Source of the DNA: an uncultured Candidatus Saccharibacteria bacterium
GTDB lineage: Bacteria > Patescibacteriota > Saccharimonadia > Saccharimonadales > Saccharimonadaceae
DNA length: 64,000 nucleotides
Assembly: GCA_965240135.1 (NCBI GenBank)
Contig: CBDEJQ010000029.1
Span: 1,592-65,591, forward strand
Direction: 5' to 3'
Below, piece after piece: positions 47,172-56,100 of this stretch. How positions within the stretch are numbered: the first letter of the stretch is position 1; each line of letters begins with the position of its first letter. Position numbers and translations under genes: made by a program. The notes beneath the pieces are model-generated. The model was given only the letters and a program-made list of their open reading frames with translations, was not told the DNA's origin and made no database searches.

Positions 47172-47555
47172 TTATGATCCTGATGCAATCTTACCAATAA
47201 CCATATTGACGATTGCGTATGCCAAAATTGCAACCACCAAACCAACAATTGCGTACAAAACTGTATTCTTAGCCGCCTGAACCTTATTACTATCACCGGC
47301 TGAAGTAGTGTAACGAATACCACCCCAGATAAGCATAATAACGCTCAATGCACCAACAGCAAACAAGAATATGTTCACAAACTGCTTAACTAAAGATTCA
47401 GGGTCTGTAGATACCTGATCAACTCCCGTTCCTTGCGCGCTACTAACACCACCCTTTAGAGTAAAGTCTCCTTCAGCGCTTGCAGCTGGAGCTACAGCCA
47501 AAGCAACAGTTGGTACTACCAGTAGTCCTGCCAAGATTAATTTTAATTTATTCAT
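47172..47555 (-). CDS. VirB2/TrbC-like pilin-like protein, paralog 2
   Basis: 127 aa. Signal peptide (…APAASAEGD). Core: NIFLFAVGALSVIMLIWGGIRYTTSAGDSNKVQAAKNTVLYAIVGLVVAILAYAIVNMVIG. AAGGAG SD. Confidence 0.65.
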   Translation of the reverse strand: MNKLKLILAGLLVVPTVALAVAPAASAEGDFTLKGGVSSAQGTGVDQVSTDPESLVKQFVNIFLFAVGALSVIMLIWGGIRYTTSAGDSNKVQAAKNTVLYAIVGLVVAILAYAIVNMVIGKIASGS

Positions 47556-47631
47556 TGTTATTTTCTCCTTGTTTAATGATATTACTATTATATATTTTTA
47601 TCTGTTATTTGTAAAACTAATTATGGATTTA

Positions 47632-48009
47632 TCATAGTCGCTTTATAACCATATTGACAATCGCCCATGCCATAATAGCCACAATTAACCCAACTACTGA
47701 ATATATAAGTGTACTCTGAGCAGATTTTGTCTTTGAAGCGTCACCAGATGAAGTAATGTAACGAAAACCGCTAAAAATAATCATAATAACAGACAAAATA
47801 CCCACAGCCCAAAGTAAAATATTAACTACTGTTTTTATTAGACCGCTATCACCGTCAATACTTTTGCCTTGCATTTCCGATGTTGTAGCCGTATCAATTC
47901 CTTTAGATACCTGAGCAGAAACACTGCCTGACAGGGAAGCGGTAGATAAAACCGACGCCCCAAACACCGCACATGTCATAATTGCTATTGATATTATTGA
48001 TTTTTTCAT
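47632..48009 (-). CDS. VirB2/TrbC-like pilin-like protein, paralog 3
   Basis: 125 aa. Signal peptide. Core: NILLWAVGILSVIMIIFSGFRYITSSGDASKTKSAQSTLIYSVVGLIVAIMAWAIVNMVIK. AGGAG SD. Confidence 0.65.
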   Translation of the reverse strand: MKKSIISIAIMTCAVFGASVLSTASLSGSVSAQVSKGIDTATTSEMQGKSIDGDSGLIKTVVNILLWAVGILSVIMIIFSGFRYITSSGDASKTKSAQSTLIYSVVGLIVAIMAWAIVNMVIKRL

Positions 48010-48017
48010 ATTTTCTC

Positions 48018-48398
48018 CTAATTAAACCTATTAAATACAAAATTAACAATTGCCGATGCGAATAACGATACAGCTAAACCGACTACCGCATATAAAACAG
48101 TATTCCTGGCTTTTGCAGCTTTTTGGGCGTCACCACTAGAAAGTGCAAACATAATACCGCCAATAACTATCATAATAATCGAAATAGCACCAACGGCCGT
48201 AAGTAGAACTTCAACGATAGTTTTTATAATACCGTTAACTTGAGTCTCACCACTGCCCCTATTTTTACAATAGACAGAGTTTTCATTTCCATTTGAGCAA
48301 ATATTAATACCGTTAGCTGCGGATGCCGCTGGAGCAAACACGCCAAGGAGACCAACCATTAACATTCCAGCAGTCAGAATTTTCGTAAAAATCTTCAT
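48018..48398 (-). CDS. VirB2/TrbC-like pilin-like protein, paralog 4
   Basis: 126 aa. Signal peptide and a Cys pair (NICSNGNENSVYCKN). Core: VLLTAVGAISIIMIVIGGIMFALSSGDAQKAAKARNTVLYAVVGLAVSLFASAIVNFVFN. Confidence 0.65.
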   Translation of the reverse strand: MKIFTKILTAGMLMVGLLGVFAPAASAANGINICSNGNENSVYCKNRGSGETQVNGIIKTIVEVLLTAVGAISIIMIVIGGIMFALSSGDAQKAAKARNTVLYAVVGLAVSLFASAIVNFVFNRFN

Positions 48399-48399
48399 C

Positions 48400-48684
48400 T
48401 TAAACCTTTCCTATAATATACTTTGTTATAGCAATCGCACTAGCAGCAATAACCAGACCAATGACTGAATATAAAATAGCATTCTTTGCGCTGGCGGTTT
48501 TGGACGGATCGCCAGAGGACAGGGAATAATTTATTCCAGCAATAATCACCACAATAACAGCTATAATACCAGCCACCCAAAGCGCCAGATCAACAAACTT
48601 CATAATATCTACATCGTTATTCTTTGGCACGCCAAGATCACCTGCCTCTCCTAATAATCCAGCAAAAAATTCTATATATCTCAT
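48400..48684 (-). CDS. VirB2/TrbC-like pilin-like protein, paralog 5 (no obvious signal peptide)
   Basis: 94 aa. Core: LALWVAGIIAVIVVIIAGINYSLSSGDPSKTASAKNAILYSVIGLVIAASAIAITKYIIG. A short non-hydrophobic N-terminus precedes it. Confidence 0.6.
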   Translation of the reverse strand: MRYIEFFAGLLGEAGDLGVPKNNDVDIMKFVDLALWVAGIIAVIVVIIAGINYSLSSGDPSKTASAKNAILYSVIGLVIAASAIAITKYIIGKV

Positions 48685-48685
48685 T

Positions 48686-49123
48686 TTATACCCCTATCTT
48701 TGATGATATAAAGTTGACTAGCGCAACAGAGGCTAGAGCGATGACTAAACCAATCGCTGCGCTCATAATAGTTTTTCGTCCATGAGCAGCCTTATCTGGA
48801 GCGCCGTTACTGGTCATCATCAAGAAACCACCGTACATGATATATCCAACAGTCACATAGCCAATAAGTTGCAGCAAATCATCAACGATATTAAGCGCGA
48901 TTTTCCAAATATAGTTAGCTTGAGAATTAGTATCTGCGCCTGGACTTTTAAGGGAACAGTTATGGTCATTATTAGTTAAGCCGCTATACCATGGTTTTAA
49001 CGTTAAAATCTTTCCCTTATTAGAGCATGCATCATCTTCCGCAAAAGAAATGCCCGGGAAAGTTACACTCGCCCCAAACGACCCCATAATCATTAAAGAC
49101 ATCGCTATTATAATCTTTTTCAT
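48686..49123 (-). CDS. VirB2/TrbC-like pilin-like protein, paralog 6
   Basis: 145 aa. Signal peptide and a Cys pair (ACSNKG...HNCSLK). Divergent core: LIGYVTVGYIMYGGFLMMTSNGAPDKAAHGRKTIMSAAIGLVIALASVALVNFISS. AGGAGG SD. Confidence 0.6.
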   Translation of the reverse strand: MKKIIIAMSLMIMGSFGASVTFPGISFAEDDACSNKGKILTLKPWYSGLTNNDHNCSLKSPGADTNSQANYIWKIALNIVDDLLQLIGYVTVGYIMYGGFLMMTSNGAPDKAAHGRKTIMSAAIGLVIALASVALVNFISSKIGV

Positions 49124-49494
49124 TAATCGAAAACTCCTCCTGGAATAATAAAGTTGGTAATTGCCACCATAAACGCAAACATTATTACCCCAATGACAGT
49201 ATTCGTCCAGACTTCACGTGCTTTTTTTATCTTATCAGGGCTTCCTTCGGAAGTAGTATATAAGAATGCCCCATATATAACAGCACCAACCGCCGCAACT
49301 CCAATACCAGCAGTTAAAATCTTAATGACTTGCTTTATTATATTAATGATTGCTGTACTGCCCTTACCTTCACAAGAAATAATAGAGGTTTCCGCACCAC
49401 CACACTCAATAGCCAAAGCTATTCTGGGTATAAAAATACTTCCTGCGATTACTGTTGCGATGAATATACTGATTACAATATTTCTTTTTGTCAT
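49123..49494 (-). CDS. VirB2/TrbC-like pilin-like protein, paralog 7 (first gene of the operon)
   Basis: 123 aa. Signal peptide and a Cys pair (IECGGAETSIISCEG). Core: GIGVAAVGAVIYGAFLYTTSEGSPDKIKKAREVWTNTVIGVIMFAFMVAITNFIIP. Confidence 0.6.
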   Translation of the reverse strand: MTKRNIVISIFIATVIAGSIFIPRIALAIECGGAETSIISCEGKGSTAIINIIKQVIKILTAGIGVAAVGAVIYGAFLYTTSEGSPDKIKKAREVWTNTVIGVIMFAFMVAITNFIIPGGVFD

Positions 49495-49597
49495 AAAATT
49501 TTCTCTTATACCTAAATTGTAAAATAGTCAAGCGAAAAAAGCAAACATTTTCCTTGAAAAGACAGAAGTAATCTGATAATATAAGGGATATTGATAT

Positions 49598-49675
49598 GCG
49601 CTCGTAGTGAAGTTGGCCTATCACGCCTCCCTGTCACGGAGGAGATCGCCGGTTCGAATCCGGTCGAGCGCGCCA
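49598..49675 (+). tRNA. tRNA-Asp (anticodon GUC)
   Basis: GCGCTCGTAGTGAAGTTGGCCTATCACGCCTCCCTGTCACGGAGGAGATCGCCGGTTCGAATCCGGTCGAGCGCGCCA. The anticodon loop is CTGTCAC. Confidence 0.9.
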
Positions 49676-49684
49676 CAGATAATT

Positions 49685-49709
49685 CACCCCCCTGGCAGGG
49701 TGTTTTTTT
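49685..49709 (+). terminator. intrinsic terminator after tRNA-Asp
   Basis: Stem CACCC / GGGTG, followed by TTTTTTT. Confidence 0.6.
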
Positions 49710-49838
49710 ATGAAAAAATATTCCACATTTATTGCATTTATGTACAATTTATGTTATGATATCGCCAATTGGACTGAAAAGTCTAAGGAGTTTTACAATA
49801 AAATACCTGACAATGTCAGAGAAAGGACCCCAAGCGTT

Positions 49839-50942
49839 ATGGTTTATAACCCTAATAACCCAAGCGGTTCATCAAAAGAAATACCTAGGAGGAGGTTCCT
49901 GCTAGGAGCAGGCGTAATCGCCACAGCAACAGCACTTATGCTGGGTGGCTGCGGAGAACAACAAGACAGTCCACAACCTACATATAGCAGCTCAGAAGAA
50001 GCAAGCACTCCTACCCCTACTTCAACCGAATCAACGCCAACGGCACGTCGTACTCCAGAGGAAATAAAAAATTTAGAGTTCACAGGATTACCTGAATTAG
50101 TTAGTACAATAAACGATTTAGATCCGAAAAAAGATCACAATAAAACACGTGAAGCTTTAATTGAGTTTATAAATGAGAACATAAAGGATGATTCCGCAAG
50201 AATAGATATAGATGAATATGGAAGAGTCTACACTTCTAAAGAAAATATTCCTGAAACTATGAAAAAAGTGGGAATGAATACAGTGCAAGGCTTATCTATA
50301 ATATCAAAACTATATGGAAGCAGTGTTCAATATGATTATCCTCTGCAAAAAAAAGATGCCGAAAAAATAATGGATGCATATGTTGAAAACTTTACGGTAG
50401 GATCAGGAAGAAAATCCCTAAATGATCTGATACCTAGTATAGCAAGTTATCCTATGAATCAAGGAAATAAACTATTTAAGCAGCTTGAGGTAGGTGCAGC
50501 TCTAACGCCTATATACGAAGCTGAACCAAAGGATGAAAAAGGCTCTTCTGTCATCTTTCGACGCAATAATCTTAATACTACAGAGGGCGAAACAAAAGAT
50601 CTACTACATAGCGATGGCTTAAACTGGACTAGTACATTTGCATATCAGGGATTTTTCCCTAAAGGTACTACCCCAGAAATATCAGGAGATACATTAACAG
50701 AAGTGGTTGTATTTGCAAGAACCACTAAAGAGAATGACCCTACATTATTAAATACTCCCGCAACAGAACAACAGGGAAATGCTACTCTATATGAGACAGA
50801 TGAGGGAATGTATATTACAGGAGTAATCGGAGCCATCAGAGATGTGAGCCAAGACAGTAAAATACCAACTCTCGTAAAGGGACAAGAGGTTCCAGCTAGT
50901 CAAGTTCCTCAGATAGAAAACTATTTTAAGTCTATAAAGTAA
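49839..50942 (+). CDS. putative lipoprotein, first gene of the T4SS-like operon
   Basis: From MVYNPNNPSGSSKEIPRRRFLLGAGVIATATALMLGGCGEQQ. It has a positively charged n-region with RRRF, a hydrophobic core and a lipobox L-G-G-C, followed by a Ser/Thr/Pro linker. An alternative upstream ATG at 49710 abuts the terminator and lacks an SD. Confidence 0.6.
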   Translation: MVYNPNNPSGSSKEIPRRRFLLGAGVIATATALMLGGCGEQQDSPQPTYSSSEEASTPTPTSTESTPTARRTPEEIKNLEFTGLPELVSTINDLDPKKDHNKTREALIEFINENIKDDSARIDIDEYGRVYTSKENIPETMKKVGMNTVQGLSIISKLYGSSVQYDYPLQKKDAEKIMDAYVENFTVGSGRKSLNDLIPSIASYPMNQGNKLFKQLEVGAALTPIYEAEPKDEKGSSVIFRRNNLNTTEGETKDLLHSDGLNWTSTFAYQGFFPKGTTPEISGDTLTEVVVFARTTKENDPTLLNTPATEQQGNATLYETDEGMYITGVIGAIRDVSQDSKIPTLVKGQEVPASQVPQIENYFKSIK

Positions 50943-50963
50943 ACTAAAAAACAGATCTTGCAT

Positions 50964-50997
50964 AAACACCTTCATATATGATTAAATGAAGGTGTTT
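50964..50997 (+). other. perfect 12-bp hairpin between the lipoprotein gene and the first VirB6-like gene
   Basis: AAACACCTTCAT-ATATGATTAA-ATGAAGGTGTTT, followed by ATGTTTATT. The 3' arm carries the GAAGGTG SD for ATG 50998. Confidence 0.6.
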
Positions 50998-53508
50998 ATG
51001 TTTATTAGTGGGTGTGGTAGCAAATATAATTCTAAAAAAATAATTGCTTATTTGTTTATAAGTATTTTATTTATTATGTCAGCATCTATATCTATTATGT
51101 CTAAATCTGCGCTTGCTGAGGATATAGGAAAGAAAATAGAAAATGGCACCGCTTCATGTAAGGATGCGTCTAAAGGGGCTGGCGGCAAATCATGGAGAGA
51201 AACCAGAACTTTACATGGAAACCAAGGTTGGTGGTGGTGCGAATCATCAAGCGGCGAACGATTTCGACTAGATGAAATCCTATGCGCCGCAGGATATGAT
51301 ATAGAAGATAAAACCGAGGACTACAGGTCTCACTCATACAGAAAAACTCGTTGCATCAAAAAAACAGAAAACTCTAATAAAACTAGTACTATAGATAAAA
51401 GAGCTATAGCGCTAGCTAACACAGCAGGGCAATCAAAACTAGAGGGTGTCATACTTCCGAAAATTACAGACACACCATGGTTTAAGACGCTATCGGATAA
51501 AGATAAGCTAGATTCTGGATGCGTGGATAGCGGTGGCGGTAAAATCACTTGCGACGAACATGCTAAGATTACTTTGACAAAAGGATTAGTGGGCACATGT
51601 ATAGCTAGCGCTCGCACAACCGTTGCAAATCGTCCAGACGGACAAGATAAAAGTAATGAACAAATAGATAAAGCTTTTACCGACTGTATAACTGGAAATT
51701 CTGGACTAGACAAAGATACGGTAAATAATAATAAAACACCTATTGCTTGGAACGACATAGATAGTTATATAAGGGAAGAAGACAAAAAAGAAGCAGAAGC
51801 AACCGAAAAAAGTAAAGCTGATGAAGCAAAAAACTCATGCGGCATCGGTGGAATGGGATGGCTTATTTGTCCTCTAATGACTTTTATGGGGGAAATTGCT
51901 GATGCTTCTTATTCTGTAATATCACAGTTTCTTAATATTAACCCTGCTATCTTCGGTGAAGGATCCGACGCGGTAGGAGCAAAACAGGCATGGAACTTCT
52001 TTCGTGATATAGCAAACGTCATATTTGTATTACTGTTTTTATGGGTAATTTTCTCACAAGTCAGTAGTATTGGCATAAGTAATTACGGCATTAAAAAAAT
52101 CTTACCAAAATTAATAGTGGGAGCTATATTAGTAAACTTATCGTTTTATATATGTCAATTAGCCGTCGACTTATCCAACATCCTTGGCTTTACACTAAAA
52201 GAAGCTCTTGAAGGATCAGTATCTAGAGTTGGTGGATCGTCTTCAAATTCAGAAATATTGAGTGGTCTCGGCGCAGCAGTTGCTGGTATTCTAGTTCTTA
52301 CAGGAACAGTGCTATTTGCAGCGCTTGCAGTCAGTATACCAACACTACTATCTCTGATGTTAGTGCTGCTTGTCGTGCTTGTCATACTAATAGTTAGACA
52401 AGCAGCTATAGTGCTCCTAATATCAATTGCGCCCCTAGCATTTGCAGCTTGGCTCCTGCCAAACACCGAAAGTTTATTTAAAAAATGGGTATCGATGTTT
52501 AGGGGACTACTGATGGTTTTTCCTATAATATCTCTTTTGTATGGAGCTGGTAAATTAGCAGGGGCAATATTGGCGACAACAGCCACAAGTGACTCAAATG
52601 ACACTGCGATAACTATGCAGTTTGCAGCCTTGGCGGCGTCTATACTTCCATTAGGCGCTACGCCTTTCGTGCTAAAGAGCTCCCTAAATTCATTGGGCAG
52701 TATTGGCGCAAAGATAGGAAAAATGAGCGCCAATGCACACGGTCGATTCGCTGGAAATGTAAAGGGTGTAGCGAAAAGACGTGTTGACAATTCTGTTATT
52801 GGTGATACAAAAAGAAAATACTCAGACTTCATGGATAGAAAACGCGCAAGCATGCGAACGGGTAAATTTGCGACGTGGAGAGACAACAGTCCAGTCGGTC
52901 GATTCATGGGCTGGGATAAAGGTGGAGCACGCGCCCGCGCAACTGTAGCTAAAGCGTTCGAAAGTGATGTTGAAAACGCATCCACAATGTTACAAGGCAA
53001 GACATCGAAAGAGATATCCGATATAGCCAACGGCACAAACACAAATGCCTCAAAAGCTATGCGCGCGGCGGCTATTGATCATACTATGGCTAATGGTAGT
53101 TTTGAAGAACGTATGAATGTATTGAGTAGTCTAAAAGGTGCAGATACCTCTATAAAACAACGAGCAATTAAAGCTGCATACGCAAAGAAGGATAATAATA
53201 TCATAGGAAATGGATTAGGAGATGCTATACTCAAAGATGAAGTTGGAAATATGACTGATCTAGAGAATATGATGATAGATAATGCCGCATCTGGAAACTT
53301 ACAACCAGAACACCTAGTGCAAAACGCAGCGGCTACCAAATGGATAGTCGACACATCGGTTAAATCATATACAAATAATCTGGATAAACAAGCTAAGAAA
53401 GCCCTGAATAACTTTATAAGCACCGCTAAGGCTGCTAGGTCTAATCCAAACACTGCAAAAAATATAAACGGAAAAATAGATAGCACATTCCGTAAAGTTG
53501 GCGCTTGA
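50998..53508 (+). CDS. VirB6/TrbL-like large polytopic membrane protein, paralog A
   Basis: About 836 aa. It has a signal/TM segment, a ~290-aa Cys-rich ectodomain, the conserved motif SCGIGGMGWLICP, at least 6 TM helices (…SSIGISNYGIKKILPKLIVGAILVNLSFYICQLAVDLSNI…) and a ~290-aa basic C-terminal domain. The family assignment rests on topology and operon position only. Confidence 0.5.
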   Translation: MFISGCGSKYNSKKIIAYLFISILFIMSASISIMSKSALAEDIGKKIENGTASCKDASKGAGGKSWRETRTLHGNQGWWWCESSSGERFRLDEILCAAGYDIEDKTEDYRSHSYRKTRCIKKTENSNKTSTIDKRAIALANTAGQSKLEGVILPKITDTPWFKTLSDKDKLDSGCVDSGGGKITCDEHAKITLTKGLVGTCIASARTTVANRPDGQDKSNEQIDKAFTDCITGNSGLDKDTVNNNKTPIAWNDIDSYIREEDKKEAEATEKSKADEAKNSCGIGGMGWLICPLMTFMGEIADASYSVISQFLNINPAIFGEGSDAVGAKQAWNFFRDIANVIFVLLFLWVIFSQVSSIGISNYGIKKILPKLIVGAILVNLSFYICQLAVDLSNILGFTLKEALEGSVSRVGGSSSNSEILSGLGAAVAGILVLTGTVLFAALAVSIPTLLSLMLVLLVVLVILIVRQAAIVLLISIAPLAFAAWLLPNTESLFKKWVSMFRGLLMVFPIISLLYGAGKLAGAILATTATSDSNDTAITMQFAALAASILPLGATPFVLKSSLNSLGSIGAKIGKMSANAHGRFAGNVKGVAKRRVDNSVIGDTKRKYSDFMDRKRASMRTGKFATWRDNSPVGRFMGWDKGGARARATVAKAFESDVENASTMLQGKTSKEISDIANGTNTNASKAMRAAAIDHTMANGSFEERMNVLSSLKGADTSIKQRAIKAAYAKKDNNIIGNGLGDAILKDEVGNMTDLENMMIDNAASGNLQPEHLVQNAAATKWIVDTSVKSYTNNLDKQAKKALNNFISTAKAARSNPNTAKNINGKIDSTFRKVGA

Positions 53509-53554
53509 CACCTTCTCTTGACTTTTTCCATCAAAAATGCTAATATAACCATGA

Positions 53555-56071
53555 ATGGAGTGGTTAATTTTATACAGGCAACTCCTTAGTGCGAAGTTGC
53601 GTTGGTTTATATTGCTGATAGCAGGATTGCTGGTGAGCATTTTTTTCAGCACTTTCTTACATTCCACCTCTGTTTATGCCGCAGATGCAAAATGGGATGG
53701 TCATGATTTAACCTATTCTAATAAAAAATATACCAGGCTAACAGATAATAACAAAGTCAAGAAGTTTAATTTACCTGATAATTCGCTTGTTTATATCAAT
53801 GAAGATAAAAATAAAAAAGAAGTTAAAGTTATTTACTTCCCATCAGGCGAAATATCTTCACTAAGTTCCGCAACCTATGCGGTTTATTCTTTTACACCAC
53901 CAGATACTTATGATCAAACCGATACTTCAACTATTTCAATTGACCCTCCCTCAGAGAATTCAACCAGCACTTCCTGTGATGTACAGGGAATAGGTTGGTT
54001 TATCTGTCCAGTTTCTAACTGGCTGGCTGATGGTATTGATTTTATGTACAGTGCGCTTCAGCAATTCTTAAAAACTAAGCCATTAGAAACAACCAACCAA
54101 AATAGCGGAATTTATCTGGCGTGGGTCATTATGCGAAACATTAGCAACGTGGCGTTTATCGTGGCGTTTTTGGTGATTATCTACTCACAATTGACCTCTG
54201 TAGGAATTAGCAATTACGGCGTTAAAAAAATGCTCCCTAGGTTAGTGATTGCAGCGGTGTTAGTCAACTTATCATTTACGATTTGTGCTATTTTGCTTGA
54301 TTTATCAAACATAGCCGGCTACGCTTTCCAGGATGCCTTCATGGGAATTAAGAATACCATATCCACCGTAGGAGAAAATACAAGTACATGGACATGGTCG
54401 GAAGTTATCAGTACAGCACTGTCAAATGGAGCGCTGGCGGTAGGAGCAGGATACGCCGTATCGCTAGCACTTACTACGGAATTATTACCAATGCTAGTAC
54501 CTGCCGCGGCATTAGCTGGCTTAACTTTACTCCTCATACTCCTAATCATGGCCGCTCGTCAAGCGCTCATTATTATATTAATCATAATTTCACCTTTAGC
54601 CTTCGTTTGTTATTTACTTCCTGGCACAGAAAAGTGGTTTAAAAAATGGCGAGATTTATTCTTAACAATGCTAGTATTTTTCCCAGCATTCGCTGTAGTA
54701 TTCGGTGGAGCTCAACTGGCGGGAATAATAATTATACAAAATGCCTCTGGTCCAAATGGCGCAATAATGCATGTACTAGGCATGCTGGTTCAAATAATAC
54801 CTTTGGCTATAACTCCCCTAATTATGAAGTTCAGCGGTGGAGTATTAGGTAAGTTCGCTGGATTTGTTAACGATAAGAATAAGGGCTGGTACGACAGGAC
54901 TAAGAACTGGTCTAAAGATCGCCGTGAGACCATTAAAAACAAGAAGTTGGCTAACCCCAATATGGCGCGATTCAATCCAAATCGTTTACGCCGTTGGGCA
55001 GATCATAACAGTAGATTACGTAAAAAAAATCTGGAAACTTCGCAGAAAAATGCCGAGAATTCATTTAGAGATACAGCCAGGTATAAGAAGTCAGACTTAG
55101 ACGCCAGACAGGCTTCCAGGCGTGCAGATCTGTTATCCGCACAAGATGACAATCGCTACACCGAAGCTACGCTGGGTCACACACCAACTGATACGTATGG
55201 AAAGTACGATCGTGCTCTACGAGCTAAGTTCACTAAATATTCAAATTGGCGAGACGCGCAACAAGCTCAATTTATGTCAGACATTAAAGACCTAGAAACC
55301 GAAATTGCAACAGCAGGTCTGATTAAGAATAATGCTCAACGTCAGCAGCATAGTGAATTTGCAGAGCAATTGATAAACAGCAAGGAACTTCGAGAGAAGG
55401 CTGGCGGCAATGTATTCAAAGACGAGAATGGCAACCTAATTGGAGCAAATGCCGCTCTAGCTTCAGCCATAGCAACCAGCCGTAGCGAATACGCTAAGTC
55501 GGTCGACGAAGCTCGCCAAATTATAAAGCACTACAAATTGGATGCAAAACAGAGGCAGGGATTAGCCCTGAACAAGAAATCTATACCCCTTCCTGGTGGA
55601 GTTAATTTATCTGGAGATAGTATATTCGTACGTGAAGCTGCAATTGAAGAACAGATTAAATACGGTACCGCAACGGAAGTTGCCGAGCTTCTTAGTGAAT
55701 TGCCACCAGAATTCTACTCTTCTGCAGCCTCAGCACTAGCAGAATCTGGCGTAAAGAATAAAGCGTCATTCTTGGGCGGTAAACTTGTCGATGATATGCT
55801 GAAAGGTGATATTAATAACAGAAGTGACCTCATGAATTACTTTGCCAATTGGCTAGAGGGTGGTAAATATAAACCAGAAACTTTAGCGACTACGGATGCT
55901 GACGCTGTTAAGTTATTGATGGAAGCTGTAAATACCACCTCTGTGATTAGTAATAAAAAACGTCAAGATCTTAAGAAAGTTATCAACACAATTCTTACCG
56001 ATAAGAGGTTGTCAGCCAATGCAACTGATGCAACTAAAGAGCAATTTGAAATTTTCCGCAACATGCTATAA
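53555..56071 (+). CDS. VirB6/TrbL-like large polytopic membrane protein, paralog B
   Basis: 838 aa with the same architecture. Motif SCDVQGIGWFICP. TM block …TSVGISNYGVKKMLPRLVIAAVLVNLSFTICAILLDLSNI… is clearly paralogous to the upstream gene. The cytoplasmic C-terminal domain is long. Confidence 0.5.
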   Translation: MEWLILYRQLLSAKLRWFILLIAGLLVSIFFSTFLHSTSVYAADAKWDGHDLTYSNKKYTRLTDNNKVKKFNLPDNSLVYINEDKNKKEVKVIYFPSGEISSLSSATYAVYSFTPPDTYDQTDTSTISIDPPSENSTSTSCDVQGIGWFICPVSNWLADGIDFMYSALQQFLKTKPLETTNQNSGIYLAWVIMRNISNVAFIVAFLVIIYSQLTSVGISNYGVKKMLPRLVIAAVLVNLSFTICAILLDLSNIAGYAFQDAFMGIKNTISTVGENTSTWTWSEVISTALSNGALAVGAGYAVSLALTTELLPMLVPAAALAGLTLLLILLIMAARQALIIILIIISPLAFVCYLLPGTEKWFKKWRDLFLTMLVFFPAFAVVFGGAQLAGIIIIQNASGPNGAIMHVLGMLVQIIPLAITPLIMKFSGGVLGKFAGFVNDKNKGWYDRTKNWSKDRRETIKNKKLANPNMARFNPNRLRRWADHNSRLRKKNLETSQKNAENSFRDTARYKKSDLDARQASRRADLLSAQDDNRYTEATLGHTPTDTYGKYDRALRAKFTKYSNWRDAQQAQFMSDIKDLETEIATAGLIKNNAQRQQHSEFAEQLINSKELREKAGGNVFKDENGNLIGANAALASAIATSRSEYAKSVDEARQIIKHYKLDAKQRQGLALNKKSIPLPGGVNLSGDSIFVREAAIEEQIKYGTATEVAELLSELPPEFYSSAASALAESGVKNKASFLGGKLVDDMLKGDINNRSDLMNYFANWLEGGKYKPETLATTDADAVKLLMEAVNTTSVISNKKRQDLKKVINTILTDKRLSANATDATKEQFEIFRNML

Positions 56072-56100
56072 TTATCATATTTTGATATAATATAAGCAGT

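Noticed and set aside
47172-49494. Repetitive-looking block of similar ~380-nt units, considered as a possible CRISPR or satellite array.
   Set aside because: The units are complete protein-coding paralogs with their own SDs and stops, not short direct repeats with spacers. No CRISPR-like repeat exists anywhere in the window.
52155-53042. A 295-aa minus-strand ORF inside the first VirB6-like gene. Similar long antisense ORFs occur at 22123-22737, 62041-62691, 5629-6198, 4293-4817, 16503-16970, 51330-51758 and 53079-53552.
   Set aside because: Each lies fully inside a stronger, motif-bearing gene on the other strand. They have no SD or promoter and show Ser/Ala/Leu-rich composition typical of antisense frames.
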